The position numbers and the translations under genes were made by a program. From Oceanospirillum sp. (lineage in GTDB: Bacteria > Pseudomonadota > Gammaproteobacteria > Pseudomonadales > Halomonadaceae), in NCBI GenBank assembly GCA_048268485.1, contig JBLWVL010000002.1:64665-128664 (forward strand): a stretch of 64,000 nt of DNA, in the 5' to 3' direction. The notes beneath the pieces were generated by a model, which did not search any database, was not told the DNA's origin, and saw only the letters and a list, made by a program, of their open reading frames with translations. Shown piece after piece: positions 1 through 9,924 of the stretch; positions within the stretch are counted from its first letter, which is position 1, and every line of letters begins with the position of its first letter.

Positions 1-447
1 CTCAGCAAATACCCCTTTGCCCCTTTGCTGCTCCACATTCTGTTCAGAGTAACAAGGCAAGGATGCAGTAACCACCACCTTTTGATCCGCCAAAAACTGC
101 GCCAAATCCTCATAGCCAGGCTCATTCAGAATGGTCAGGTTGCAACGATCAATCACCTCGACACCACGCTTACGCGCCTCTGTGACCAGATAACGAAATT
201 CGGGATTCATTTCCGGGGCACCACCTGTCAGATCGAGCACCTTGATTCCCTGACGGTCGATAAACTCAAGTACCTGATCAATGGACTCACGGCTCATCAG
301 CTCAGTTCTTTTCGGCCCGGCATTCACATGACAATGCACACAACTCAAATTGCACAGATAACCCAAATTAACCTGCAGAATAGAAAGTTTCCCTCGGAAA
401 ATTCTTGGGAAATCAGTCTGTTCCAGAAGGGGGCGGGTATCAAGCAT
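1..447 (-). CDS. Radical SAM protein, ArsS-like (arsenosugar-biosynthesis-type radical SAM/Cys-rich family). This is the N-terminal part; the gene continues past the window start.
   Basis: My reverse-strand translation from ATG (445-447) reads MLDTRPLLEQTDFPRIFRGKLSILQVNLGYLCNLSCVHCHVNAGPKRTE...LDLTGGAPEMNPEFRYLV...RCNLTIL...SLPCYSEQNVEQQRGKGVF. It contains the CxxxCxxC radical SAM motif and family-typical blocks. The frame stays open to base 1. It is not in the ORF track. Confidence 0.7.
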   Translation of the reverse strand, partial: MLDTRPLLEQTDFPRIFRGKLSILQVNLGYLCNLSCVHCHVNAGPKRTELMSRESIDQVLEFIDRQGIKVLDLTGGAPEMNPEFRYLVTEARKRGVEVIDRCNLTILNEPGYEDLAQFLADQKVVVTASLPCYSEQNVEQQRGKGVFAE

Positions 448-511
448 GATAGATCCTCTATTTGGTTTTTTGTCGCGAACTGATTATAATGCCCGCCTGT
501 TAGTAATGATC

Positions 512-588
512 GCCTCAATAGCTCAGCTGGATAGAGCGTCCCCCTCCTAAGGGGAAGGCCGCAGGTTCGACTCCTGCTTGGGGCACCA
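512..588 (+). tRNA. tRNA-Arg (anticodon CCT)
   Basis: Cloverleaf folded by hand: acceptor GCCTCAA/TTGGGGC, D arm GCTC-AGCTGGATA-GAGC, anticodon stem TCCCC/GGGGA with loop CTCCTAA, T arm GCAGG-TTCGACT-CCTGC, encoded CCA. Confidence 0.9.
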
Positions 589-916
589 TTTAACGCTTTA
601 AAATCAACACGTTACGCACACCATCTAAACTATTCGAATCCTGTTTTCTGCTCCATGTACAGCATAGATACATAGCAGAGCAAACAGAGACCTCCCAAGC
701 TAAACATTGTTCCTTATTGAATACGATCAATACGTCCCTGTTGGATTCAATTCTATCGACGGCCAAAAGATGTAAATCTATTGTTAGAATAAAAAGTTAG
801 CTGCTACTAACCAGCTAGAGGCTACTATAAAAGGCGAGTTATAAGGCCCGCTTAGTATCTGCGGGCATTTTGCTGATAATGGCAGATTTCAAAATACTCC
901 GACACTCCCCATAAAC

Positions 917-960
917 AAAAAAACCCAGGCCAGTATTCACTGGTCTGGGCTTCTCTTTTA
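917..960. terminator. Rho-independent terminator, bidirectional in form, downstream of the arsR operon
   Basis: Stem CCCAGGCCAG (924-933) pairs with CTGGTCTGGG (940-949) with one G-T pair. An A-run lies on the left and a T-rich tract on the right. Confidence 0.6.
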
Positions 961-999
961 TTCACTGGTCTATATTGGCGTAACAGCCACAACTGAAAC

Positions 1000-1422
1000 C
1001 TATTTATCGCGCTCTGCAACAGCAGTATCAGCAATTTTCCTTAGCCATTCCTCGCTGTTTGGGCCAACAACACACTCATTATTTTCCCGCATGGCTAAAC
1101 GCAGGACACAGCGGGAAGAGACTTCAGCAAAATTTTCCTCAGGAAGTGTACGCACCGACTCAACCAAGGCGACCCAATGAGGCTGATCTTGCTGCGCTAA
1201 CGTGTAGTAAACCCACTTGCCGCTTTTTTGCTGAGTCAGCAAACCGGATTTATATAGCATTTTCAGATTGCGGGACACGTTATACTGCGTCTCCCCGGTC
1301 ACATCCATCGCCTCTGCAACGGTAACACGCTGATCTACATGTATCAGTAACCAAAAAAGACGCAATCTATGGGGTTCTGCAAGAGCTTTTAAAGCGTCTA
1401 TATATTGTTCATTATTCATCAA
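1000..1422 (-). CDS. ArsR/SmtB-family metalloregulatory transcription factor
   Basis: Winged-HTH signature LAEPHRLRLFWLL...VTVAEAMDVTGETQYNVSRNLKMLYKSGLL...GKWVYYTL. There is no ELCVCDL-type motif in helix 3, but two Cys lie in the C-terminal tail (SSRCV...NNECV). Confidence 0.85.
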   Translation of the reverse strand: MMNNEQYIDALKALAEPHRLRLFWLLIHVDQRVTVAEAMDVTGETQYNVSRNLKMLYKSGLLTQQKSGKWVYYTLAQQDQPHWVALVESVRTLPEENFAEVSSRCVLRLAMRENNECVVGPNSEEWLRKIADTAVAERDK

Positions 1423-1723
1423 TTCTGCTTTTTTTCTTTAGGCTTAAAGCCATTATAGCGACTCCGATCAGGAAAACGATACCCGAATGGGTCCCATGAA
1501 AAATAAGCGTTGACCGGTCTGCTCCGGATAAAAAGTAGTACCAGAAAATCGGGCAAAAAATACCAAGCAAGGCGATCTGGCGACCTGCTTTAGCCTGCTC
1601 AGACAGGTCACCACCTTTAATCAGGATCTGAACAATCTGATAGAGGTAGTGATACGCACACCATTTCATCAGTTTTCCAGCAGATCTCTTTAGGCTCGAT
1701 ACCGACTTTTCTGTTTTTAACAT
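1412..1723 (-). CDS. Hypothetical small membrane protein
   Basis: Two or three hydrophobic segments. It overlaps the arsR start by 11 nt and lies 35 nt after the permease stop, so it is probably operonic. I recognise no family. Confidence 0.45.
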   Translation of the reverse strand: MLKTEKSVSSLKRSAGKLMKWCAYHYLYQIVQILIKGGDLSEQAKAGRQIALLGIFCPIFWYYFLSGADRSTLIFHGTHSGIVFLIGVAIMALSLKKKSRIDE

Positions 1724-1757
1724 ACAACCTCCGGAGCAGAATCAGGCTGGTGCGCCC

Positions 1758-2816
1758 CTAGATTACATATTGAAAGAGTAGACCGCCGATAATTGCAGTG
1801 GTTAATACAATCATAACAAAAGCAATTACCGCCTTGGGTTTAAGTACAGCGGATACCAGTGCAATTTCAGGCAGACTGGCCCCTGTTCCACCAATAATAA
1901 GCGCCATAGCTGGCCCCATACCCATGCCTTTGACAATCAGGACATTTAGCAGCGGGATCGCCATCTCGATGCGCAGATACAGGGGAACCCCAATAACAGC
2001 CGCGATAATGATAGATAGTACATTGTCACCGCCAACATATTTCTCCACCAGTTCCGACGACAAATAAGCTGCCGATAAGCCACTGATTAGTGCACCAAGC
2101 AAAACATAAGGCATGATTTTTTTAAACAACGCCATGGCAAAGCGAAGTGCATTCTGAGCTTTGCTTGACTCAGCACCCGCAGGAGCTGTTCCGCATATAG
2201 CCGTAGAGTGAGCACCACATAGATCCACTGCTGCTGCATCATTCGCTACCTTAGCCATAGGTTGAGTTTCACAGGCCGATACCGGTTGAGCACCACAATC
2301 TGATACGGGCTTAACATCACCACAGCCTGAAACCGGCGCCGCTGCGGAACAGGCAGGAGGTGCCTTTCCGCCTTCCAACTCGTCCCCACGTTTTATCTCA
2401 TTTTTCCAGGGTGTTTTGGTAATAATCCAGCCGCCAACAACAGCTGCAATAAATGTGATCGCAAGATATATCGAGGTTACTTTTAACCCGAAAGTGGCAT
2501 ATATCATCGCCAGCACAACAAAGTTACATAAAGGTGCTGAGATCAAAAAGCTCAGAACAGTACCCAAAGAAACCCCCATGGTCGCCATCCCCATAGTCAC
2601 CGGCACAACGGAGGCACTACAAAAAGGGGTTAACATCCCGATAAGAGCACCAATCAAGGGCCCCTGTTTCTCATGTTTTGTAAGCTTCTTCTGCAGCTTA
2701 TCCTGAGGGGTATATTCCCTCATAAAGCCTGTTAAAACGGAAACTGCTGCAATCACAATGGCAAGTGCGCCACCGACATGCAGAAATTCGTTTAGTGCAA
2801 TCGTAAGTTTATCCAT
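1758..2816 (-). CDS. Permease of the ArsP / 'predicted permease' (PF03773-like) family with a Cys-rich central loop
   Basis: Multi-TM protein with the TPFCSASVVP motif typical of this family and a duplicated-half architecture. The central loop carries 6 Cys, including PVSGC/PVSDC/PVSAC repeats. Confidence 0.7.
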   Translation of the reverse strand: MDKLTIALNEFLHVGGALAIVIAAVSVLTGFMREYTPQDKLQKKLTKHEKQGPLIGALIGMLTPFCSASVVPVTMGMATMGVSLGTVLSFLISAPLCNFVVLAMIYATFGLKVTSIYLAITFIAAVVGGWIITKTPWKNEIKRGDELEGGKAPPACSAAAPVSGCGDVKPVSDCGAQPVSACETQPMAKVANDAAAVDLCGAHSTAICGTAPAGAESSKAQNALRFAMALFKKIMPYVLLGALISGLSAAYLSSELVEKYVGGDNVLSIIIAAVIGVPLYLRIEMAIPLLNVLIVKGMGMGPAMALIIGGTGASLPEIALVSAVLKPKAVIAFVMIVLTTAIIGGLLFQYVI

Positions 2817-2995
2817 GCTCTCCCAACCATCTTATTCAGTTGTTAAACGTCAAATTATGGGAGTAATATATTCATAAAAGCACAATCATGCAAGTGTTTA
2901 TTTTATAAAAGCGATATAAATTATGGATGATTGCAGATTTTACCGGCATGTTTATGCGATAATGAACCGAACACTTTCTGCAGAAAAGGATTCTC

Positions 2996-4174
2996 GTGTC
3001 AAAGCAGTGTATATTCCGGACGAATACTTTCAGGTGTTTGGTCGCTCTTTTGCTCTACATTTTGCCGCTATCAGAGCTAACAGTATTGGCAGCAGGTATG
3101 GCCGTATCAGATACTGATACGGTTAAAGAAGTACCTTCTGTTTATCAGACATATCTGCATTGGATGTTTTTTGTAACAGCCCTGATTGTCGTAGTCGTTT
3201 ACTGGAATCGCCGCCTCTCCACAGAGATCGAAACCCGAAAAACAGCCAATCACCTGGCGCAATCGTATCTGGGAATCATCAATCGCTATGTAATCACTTC
3301 ACGCACTGACCTAAACGGTATCATTATTGATGTCAGCAAGGCCTTCTGCGATATTTCTGGCTACTCTAGGGATGAGTTAATCGGTCATCGTCATGGTGTT
3401 GTTCGCCACCCTCAAACGGATAACAAAGTCTATCAGGAGCTTTGGGAAACATTAGGTAAGGATAGAAGCTGGGTCGGTGAAATGTGTAACCGCCGCAAAG
3501 ATGGCACAACTTATTGGGTATCAGCAACCATAACTGCAGACTACGATCAGCATGGGAAAAAAGTCGGTTATATCGCCGTTCATCAGGATATAACCGATCA
3601 CAGGGTTGTCCGCGAGCTGTCTTTGCGTGATCCGTTGACCGGCCTGTACAACCGCCGTCATTTTAATGAGCTATTTAATAAATTCCTGTCATGCAAATTA
3701 CATCATGAATCTCAGGCTGGGTTGGTTTTAATCGACATAGACCACTTTAAGAAATTTAATGACACCTACGGACATCAAAAAGGGGATACAGCCCTGGCCC
3801 AAGTTGCCTTCTGTCTTGAAGAGGTTTGTATTCACCTGAATAAAGACACGCCTTCAGCTCAGGCCCATGCCTTTCGTTTAGGTGGTGAAGAATTCGCTCT
3901 TATTGCTTTAATGGATGAGAGGAAAACGGAAGACATTGCAGAAATGATCCGGCAACAGGTATTCGATCTACAGCTTGAGCATGTGAACAATGAGGATTTC
4001 GGCGTGATGACCTGCTCCCTTGGCTGCTATAACTTCAGAGTTAATTCCGAGCATAGCAGCGAGGCCGATGAGCTGTTCCGTATCACCGACCAAGCGCTTT
4101 ATCGTGCGAAAGAGCAAGGCCGGAATCAGTGCCAGTCAGCAAACAATCAAACTGCAGATGTTGAGCTGTTCTGA
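2996..4174 (+). CDS. Membrane-anchored PAS-GGDEF diguanylate cyclase
   Basis: GTG start 5 nt after AAAGGA. Two N-terminal hydrophobic segments, a PAS block (IITSRTDLNGIIIDVSKAFCDISGYSRDELIG...RRKDGTTYW), then a GGDEF domain with GGEEF and RAKEQGRN. Confidence 0.9.
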   Translation: MSKQCIFRTNTFRCLVALLLYILPLSELTVLAAGMAVSDTDTVKEVPSVYQTYLHWMFFVTALIVVVVYWNRRLSTEIETRKTANHLAQSYLGIINRYVITSRTDLNGIIIDVSKAFCDISGYSRDELIGHRHGVVRHPQTDNKVYQELWETLGKDRSWVGEMCNRRKDGTTYWVSATITADYDQHGKKVGYIAVHQDITDHRVVRELSLRDPLTGLYNRRHFNELFNKFLSCKLHHESQAGLVLIDIDHFKKFNDTYGHQKGDTALAQVAFCLEEVCIHLNKDTPSAQAHAFRLGGEEFALIALMDERKTEDIAEMIRQQVFDLQLEHVNNEDFGVMTCSLGCYNFRVNSEHSSEADELFRITDQALYRAKEQGRNQCQSANNQTADVELF

Positions 4175-4188
4175 ATATCGATCTGCTC

Positions 4189-5274
4189 TCAAACCTCTTC
4201 CTTTTCCGGCTCGGAGGCATCGACAGCCCGGGGCCAGGCATAAAGAATCGCCTTAAGTAGTGTTGCCAGCGGAATTGCGAAAAATATCCCCCAGAACCCC
4301 CAGATACCGCCAAAAGCCAGCACTGCCACAATAATCGCGACCGGATGCAGGTTTACCGCTTCAGAGAACAGTAAGGGAACCAGTACATTGCCATCCAGTG
4401 CCTGAATTACGCCGTAAACCATCAGCATATAAAAGAAGGTATCGTTCAGACCAAACTGAAACATGCCAATCAATACCACAGGTACTGTTACTACAGCAGC
4501 ACCAATGTAGGGGACTAATACAGATAAGCCAACCAGGACGGCTAAAAGGGCAGAATACTGCACACCAAAAGAGATTAAACCTATGTAGGTTGCAACCCCC
4601 ACAATCGCAATCTCAATAAATTTACCCCGAATATAATTCGCAAGCTGCTGATCCATCTCACGCCAGATACCCGTCATAAAAACCCGTTTTTCCGGCAGAT
4701 GGCTGACAAACCAGTTGATCAGAAGATCCCTGTCTTTCAACAAAAAGAAGACCAGAATAGGTACCAGAACCAGATAAATCATCAGACCAAACAGATTCGG
4801 TACAGAAGAGAGAGAAAGCGAAACCAGCTTTTGCCCCACCAGTCCAATCTCACCTGCCGCAACACCTATCAGCTCCTGCATCTGTCCCTGACTGATCAGG
4901 TTAGGGTATTGCTCCGGTAACAGAAGCAGTAGCTGCTGCCCTGCAGTCACCATACCCGGAAGCTCATCAATCAGAGTCATTAGCTGTCGCCAGACAAGGG
5001 GAAAAACCACCAGAACCAAGGCTGAAAGCAGGCTGACGAAGATAAGAAAGACTAAAACGACAGCCAGCTGAAAAGGTACGTGCACCTCTTCAAGTTTCCT
5101 TACAACTCCCGCTAACAGATAGGCTAAAACAACACTGGACAAAAAAGGCGCCAGCATGGCTCCCATAAAAATTACAATACTGAAACCACCGATCAGCAGC
5201 AGAAAGAAAATAACCGCTTCTTCATCCGAAAAATATCGTTGAGCCCAGTATCGGGCCACATCTTTCATTGCCAT
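4189..5274 (-). CDS. perM: AI-2E family transporter (PerM/YhhT-like, UPF0118)
   Basis: Protein of about 8 TM segments with a family-typical C-terminal block (VNLHPVAIIVAVLAFGGIWGFWGIFFAIPLA). It neighbours bepA, as perM (yfgO) does in E. coli. Confidence 0.8.
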   Translation of the reverse strand: MAMKDVARYWAQRYFSDEEAVIFFLLLIGGFSIVIFMGAMLAPFLSSVVLAYLLAGVVRKLEEVHVPFQLAVVLVFLIFVSLLSALVLVVFPLVWRQLMTLIDELPGMVTAGQQLLLLLPEQYPNLISQGQMQELIGVAAGEIGLVGQKLVSLSLSSVPNLFGLMIYLVLVPILVFFLLKDRDLLINWFVSHLPEKRVFMTGIWREMDQQLANYIRGKFIEIAIVGVATYIGLISFGVQYSALLAVLVGLSVLVPYIGAAVVTVPVVLIGMFQFGLNDTFFYMLMVYGVIQALDGNVLVPLLFSEAVNLHPVAIIVAVLAFGGIWGFWGIFFAIPLATLLKAILYAWPRAVDASEPEKEEV

Positions 5275-5282
5275 GGCGCTAC

Positions 5283-5519
5283 CTATTCCCCTTTCCGGAT
5301 ACAGTATATAAATTCGTTATCCTGCTGTTCCCGATCAAGTAATTCGTGGGGACTCTGACGAATAAAAACATCAAAGTCATCCCAAGACCCGGCATCAGTC
5401 GCCACAACACGAACAATATCTCCCACTGCCATGGAGTTAAGTACTAACTTCGCCTTCAGCAGCGGCATCGGGCAGTGCAGGCCTTTAGTATCCAGCTCTT
5501 GGTCGATTGTGTACGCCAT
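5283..5519 (-). CDS. TusA/SirA-family sulfurtransferase-like protein
   Basis: 78 aa with LDTKGLHCPMPLLKAK (CPxP active-site motif). Confidence 0.8.
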   Translation of the reverse strand: MAYTIDQELDTKGLHCPMPLLKAKLVLNSMAVGDIVRVVATDAGSWDDFDVFIRQSPHELLDREQQDNEFIYCIRKGE

Positions 5520-5755
5520 CTATTCCCTCGGATTAAGTCACTGTTTTTATTGGATGGAGTCAAACAAAAATCAACGACTGATTAAAGGGGATGTCGGCAT
5601 AAAGTGCAAGATAAAACCCAAAACAGAATAAAACCTGTGGGACTATAAGACCGACTGTATCCATGTATCTGCTTTTGCATCAGAAACTGATGCTTTATCC
5701 TGTGGTCTCAGCAATAGACAGCAGCTGTTTTCATGACTTATAACAGGGATTCAAT

Positions 5756-7255
5756 GTGCCTCCTTTATTAACACCATCCCGGATCATTTCTTTCAGGCAA
5801 TACGGGCTGAACATTATTCGGCCTGCACTTCTGGGCCTACTGCTGCTATCGGTCCTTTTAGCATCCTTCGTAGTTGCAGACACCGGTAAGCTACCGAGTA
5901 TCGGCAGTGATCAGCCCGACCAGGTTACGATGCATCAGGAATACAGGCTGGGACGGGCATGGCTACGCCAATATCGTGCTGCCAGCCCTGTAATCTATGA
6001 CCCTATCTTACAAAACTACCTGGAAACCTTGGTCAACAAGTTGGCTGTAGAAGCTGAGCTTTATGAGCGCCGTTTAAACCTTGTTGCTATTAATGCCAAA
6101 ACAATTAATGCCTTTGCTGTGCCTGGAGGTGTCATAGGTGTTCACAGCGCCCTGCTACTGAAGGCTAAAGATGAAGACATGGTTGCATCGGTACTTGCCC
6201 ACGAGCTCGCGCACCTTAGTCAGCGTCATTACGCCCGACGAAAAGACAATGCGGACGGGCAGCAGCTATCTCTGTTAACCGCTATGCTGACGGGGCTGGT
6301 GTTGAGTGCAAACGGGCACGGCCAGGCTGGAGTGGCAGCTATTGCCAGCTCTCAGGCAGCAGCCATTCAAAGCCAGCTGCAATTTAGCCGACTCCATGAA
6401 CAGGAAGCCGATGCAGTAGGCTTTCGCGTACTAAAAGATGCCGGTTTTGACAGTAGTGGCATGGCGCGTATGTTTGAGCTTCTGCAAGCAGAAGCCCGCA
6501 CCAGCGGAGGCAGTGCACCTGAGTTTTTACTGACACACCCCCTGACCCAAAGCCGAATCGCTTTTGCAAAGGAACGCGAGATAAAAAGTGGTACCGAAGC
6601 CTTTTACAGCAACCTTGAGTTTCAGCTGATCAGGGTTCGAGCAATGCTACAACAAACATCAATTGAAGAACGCCCCGCAGTACTGACCGCGCTATTAAAA
6701 AGCGTATCAGACAGCATAAAAGAACCCGTCAAACTTTACGCTGATATCCTGCAAGCGCTTGATCAGGGCAAAGCTCAGGAAGCCCGGAAGCTTATAGAAC
6801 AGCTGGCTCTGCAGCCGGATCATCTCTATTTTCGCCTGCTTACCGCCAAAGTTCTGGCAATGAGCGGCCAAAGTGACCAAGCCTTCAACCTGTTGAATGC
6901 ACAGCTTAAAGATGCACCTGATAATATGGCTGTCAAAGCGTTTACCGCCCAGACGTATCTGAATACAGGGAGAACAACCCAAGCGGTGAAAGCCTTTAAG
7001 AAGCTCAGCCGTGAGCGCCCGGAAGATCCCTGGGTTTGGCAACAGCTGGCAAAAGCGGCTACTGATGGCAAAGATCTGCTGACCGTTTATAAGTCCAATG
7101 CAGAATATCACCAACTAACCGGCGATATTCCACAAGGCATAAAAGAATTGAAATTAGCCCGGGAGTACGCCAGTAATGATCCCATCGAATTTGCCCGCAT
7201 CGACCATCGCATTAAGGATCTGGAAAACCTGTTTAAAGAACTGAATTTTCAATAA
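5756..7255 (+). CDS. bepA: M48-family periplasmic metalloprotease with TPR domain (BepA/YfgC-like)
   Basis: Signal/anchor segment, HELAHLSQRH (HExxH) followed by EQEAD, and a C-terminal TPR-like helical repeat region. GTG start as given in the ORF track. Confidence 0.85.
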   Translation: MPPLLTPSRIISFRQYGLNIIRPALLGLLLLSVLLASFVVADTGKLPSIGSDQPDQVTMHQEYRLGRAWLRQYRAASPVIYDPILQNYLETLVNKLAVEAELYERRLNLVAINAKTINAFAVPGGVIGVHSALLLKAKDEDMVASVLAHELAHLSQRHYARRKDNADGQQLSLLTAMLTGLVLSANGHGQAGVAAIASSQAAAIQSQLQFSRLHEQEADAVGFRVLKDAGFDSSGMARMFELLQAEARTSGGSAPEFLLTHPLTQSRIAFAKEREIKSGTEAFYSNLEFQLIRVRAMLQQTSIEERPAVLTALLKSVSDSIKEPVKLYADILQALDQGKAQEARKLIEQLALQPDHLYFRLLTAKVLAMSGQSDQAFNLLNAQLKDAPDNMAVKAFTAQTYLNTGRTTQAVKAFKKLSRERPEDPWVWQQLAKAATDGKDLLTVYKSNAEYHQLTGDIPQGIKELKLAREYASNDPIEFARIDHRIKDLENLFKELNFQ

Positions 7256-7265
7256 TTTCAAAACT

Positions 7266-7299
7266 AAAAAACCCGATATTCGGCTGAATATCGGGTTTC
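7266..7299. terminator. Bidirectional rho-independent terminator between convergent bepA and nadA
   Basis: Perfect 11-bp stem ACCCGATATTC (7271-7281) / GAATATCGGGT (7286-7296) with a 4-nt loop, flanked by an A-run and a T-run. Confidence 0.75.
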
Positions 7300-7331
7300 A
7301 TTGATCAGTGACGGCCAACTCAGAAGCCGCT

Positions 7332-8369
7332 CTACCTAGAGGCCGTAAACTGCAGCATCCGGGTCAAAGGTTGCATCGCTTTTTCACCCAGTTCGGCATC
7401 GACAAAAACCTCCTGATCACCGGTTTCCAATACATGTACCAGTGATTCCAGCTCATTCATTGCCATCCAGGGACAGTGCGCGCAACTACGACAGGTTGCG
7501 CCATTGCCGGCTGTAGGAGCTTCCAGAAAGGTTTTTTCCGGGCATAGCTGCTGCATCTTGTAGAAGATACCGCGATCGGTCGCTACGATGAAGGTCTGGT
7601 TATCCATCTCTTTGGCTGCATTGATCAACTGAGAGGTGGAACCCACCACATCTGCCAATTCAACCACAGCTGCCGGTGACTCCGGGTGTACCAGAATCGC
7701 TGCATCCGGATACACTTTCTTCAGATCCAGCACGCCTTTGGCTTTAAACTCTTCATGTACGATACAAGCGCTGTCCCACAGGATCATATCAGCACCGGTT
7801 TTCTGCTGAACATAACCACCTAAGTGTTTATCCGGTGCCCAGATAATTTTCTCGCCTTTATCTTTCAGATGCTCAACTACCTGCAGTGCAATACTAGAGG
7901 TCACCACCCAATCAGCACGGGCCTTAACAGCCGCCGAAGTATTGGCATAAACCACAACAGTCCGATCAGGGTGCTGATCACAGAAAGCACTAAACTCATC
8001 CACAGGACAACCCAGATCCAGAGAGCAGGTCGCCTCCAGAGTTGGCATCAGGACACGCTTTTCTGGGCTCAGGATTTTCGACGTTTCGCCCATAAACTTA
8101 ACACCAGCCACCACCAGTGTTTGAGCATCATGATTAGCGCCAAAGCGCGCCATTTCGAGAGAGTCTGCCACACAACCACCGGTTTCTTCGGCCAGAGCCT
8201 GTATGTCGTGACTACAGTAGTAATGCGCCACAAGGACGGCATCCTGCGCTTTCAGAAGCTGCTTGATACGGGCAGTTAACTCTGCTTTCTTTTCAGCGTT
8301 CGGCTCTTCTGGGGTTCCCAGATTGGACAGGTGTTCCCGAACCAGAGACTGGTCTGCTTGCATAGTCAT
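7332..8369 (-). CDS. nadA: Quinolinate synthase
   Basis: Full-length match by eye to NadA type I (VLVAHYYC..., [28 protein letters not shown]). Confidence 0.95.
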   Translation of the reverse strand: MTMQADQSLVREHLSNLGTPEEPNAEKKAELTARIKQLLKAQDAVLVAHYYCSHDIQALAEETGGCVADSLEMARFGANHDAQTLVVAGVKFMGETSKILSPEKRVLMPTLEATCSLDLGCPVDEFSAFCDQHPDRTVVVYANTSAAVKARADWVVTSSIALQVVEHLKDKGEKIIWAPDKHLGGYVQQKTGADMILWDSACIVHEEFKAKGVLDLKKVYPDAAILVHPESPAAVVELADVVGSTSQLINAAKEMDNQTFIVATDRGIFYKMQQLCPEKTFLEAPTAGNGATCRSCAHCPWMAMNELESLVHVLETGDQEVFVDAELGEKAMQPLTRMLQFTASR

Positions 8370-8597
8370 GGGCTGAATTCAACTCATAGTAAAGATTTCA
8401 GCAGCCTCATAAGCCCAAACTTATCGCGGCACAAAGCCGCAAACAAAAATCTGTCAGGTGAAGCTGCAGTCAAACAAAAAGATAGCGGTGAATTTTAACA
8501 CAAAATTCAGACAACGGATGAAGCTTTCAATTGCTATCTGCTGCTTAATTAAGAAAAGACGCTGTGGATAAAATAATGTACAGGAAAAATTCAGGGC

Positions 8598-8630
8598 AAA
8601 AAAAATCCCGCATCATATGCGGGATTTTTT
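8598..8630 (-). terminator. Rho-independent terminator of the tRNA-Lys cluster
   Basis: ATCCCGCAT (8605-8613) pairs with ATGCGGGAT (8617-8625), flanked by A8 and T6 runs. It lies 7 nt beyond the 3' end of the last tRNA. Confidence 0.75.
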
Positions 8631-8636
8631 AGAATC

Positions 8637-8712
8637 TGGTGGGTCGTATAGGATTCGAACCTATGACCAATTGGTTAAAAGCCAACTGCTCTACCGACTG
8701 AGCTAACGACCC
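8637..8712 (-). tRNA. tRNA-Lys (anticodon TTT), copy 3 in transcription order
   Basis: The reverse complement reads GGGTCGTTAGCTCAGTCGGTAGAGCAGTTGGCTTTTAACCAATTGGTCATAGGTTCGAATCCTATACGACCCACCA, with anticodon loop CTTTTAA. Confidence 0.95.
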
Positions 8713-8766
8713 AATACTTATCGCTTTGTGTAATCATATCAAAGATTATTAAGCGAATAAGTAAAG

Positions 8767-8842
8767 TGGTGGGTCGTATAGGATTCGAACCTATGACCAA
8801 TTGGTTAAAAGCCAACTGCTCTACCGACTGAGCTAACGACCC
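8767..8842 (-). tRNA. tRNA-Lys (anticodon TTT), copy 2
   Basis: Identical 76-nt sequence to 8637-8712. Confidence 0.95.
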
Positions 8843-8894
8843 ACGCCCTACTGAAAATAAACGATTAAATATCAGTAAGATAGATAAGTTGAAT

Positions 8895-8970
8895 TGGTGG
8901 GTCGTATAGGATTCGAACCTATGACCAATTGGTTAAAAGCCAACTGCTCTACCAACTGAGCTAACGACCC
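8895..8970 (-). tRNA. tRNA-Lys (anticodon TTT), copy 1
   Basis: Same sequence except one D-loop substitution (plus-strand ACCAACTGAG instead of ACCGACTGAG). Confidence 0.95.
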
Positions 8971-9051
8971 ATTCAACTTGGGGCGCATTATACGCAGCTT
9001 TTTAGGATGCGCAACCCCTTTTTAAACTCTTTTTTGTTTTTTATCAGAAAC

Positions 9052-9912
9052 TTAATTCGGTCGATGGTTTTTATTCACACTACGAATAGCACGAGTCTTT
9101 TTGCGCTGACGTTCGATGCGGTCATGGCTATCAATACTACCTTTAACACGACGTTTTTCCAGACCAGCCATCTCTGACAACTGATCAATCTCCTGCTGAG
9201 TCAGCTCAATCCATTCACCGGCACGGGCACGCTTATCCAGGAAAATACTGCCGTAACGAACACGCTTCAGACGGCTTACAGTCAGCCCCTGAGACTCCCA
9301 CAGCCGACGAACCTCGCGGTTGCGCCCTTCCATAATAACCACATGAAACCAGGTATTAATACCTTCACCGCCAAACTCCTGTACGTCAGTGAAGTTTGCC
9401 ATGCCATCCTCCAGCATAACGCCCTCTACCATCGCTTTAACATGTTCAGGTTTTACATCCCCCATAACACGCACAGCATACTCACGCTCAACCTGTTGAG
9501 ACGGATGCATCAGTCGGTTTGCCAACTCACCATCAGTTGTAAACAACAGTAGACCACTGGTGTTAATATCCAGACGACCAATGGAGATCCAGCGCTCACC
9601 TTTCAGTTTTGGCAGTCGATCAAATACAGTACGTCGACCTTGTGGATCATGGCGGGTACAAAGCTCACCCTCAGGTTTGCTGTACATGATTACCCGGCGG
9701 GGTACTTCTTCTTCAGCAACCAGCTTCACCAAACGACCATGAACAGTCACGCGATCATTAATAGAAACACGATCACCCAACTTAGCCGTTTGGCCGTTAA
9801 TAGCAACCTCGCCAGTTTCAATCAGGCGTTCCATCTCACGACGGGATCCCATACCGGTACGCGCCAGAACCTTTTGCAGTTTCTCAGTTTTTACTTCGTT
9901 GATATCTTTCAC
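9052..9912 (-). CDS. rluB: 23S rRNA pseudouridine synthase B
   Basis: S4 domain ([22 protein letters not shown]) plus the RsuA/RluB catalytic block [26 protein letters not shown], and a basic C-terminal tail. Confidence 0.9.
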   Translation of the reverse strand: MKDINEVKTEKLQKVLARTGMGSRREMERLIETGEVAINGQTAKLGDRVSINDRVTVHGRLVKLVAEEEVPRRVIMYSKPEGELCTRHDPQGRRTVFDRLPKLKGERWISIGRLDINTSGLLLFTTDGELANRLMHPSQQVEREYAVRVMGDVKPEHVKAMVEGVMLEDGMANFTDVQEFGGEGINTWFHVVIMEGRNREVRRLWESQGLTVSRLKRVRYGSIFLDKRARAGEWIELTQQEIDQLSEMAGLEKRRVKGSIDSHDRIERQRKKTRAIRSVNKNHRPN

Positions 9913-9924
9913 AGAATTAACCTT

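Noticed and set aside
25-483. 152-aa plus-strand ORF at the left edge
   Set aside because: It is the antisense shadow of the ArsS-like radical SAM gene, whose minus-strand translation has clear family motifs. The plus-strand product has no recognisable features.
512-1000. tRNA-Arg as an integration site for a mobile element
   Set aside because: I found no integrase, no direct repeat of the tRNA 3' end, and no phage or IS genes nearby. There is only about 400 bp of AT-rich spacer with two hairpins.
852-1034. 60-aa minus-strand ORF after arsR
   Set aside because: It runs through the terminator hairpin at 924-949 and overlaps the arsR stop. It has no RBS and no coding character.
8563-8571. A perfect DnaA box (TGTGGATAA) upstream of nadA
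   Set aside because: A single isolated 9-mer is about what chance predicts in 64 kb on two strands.
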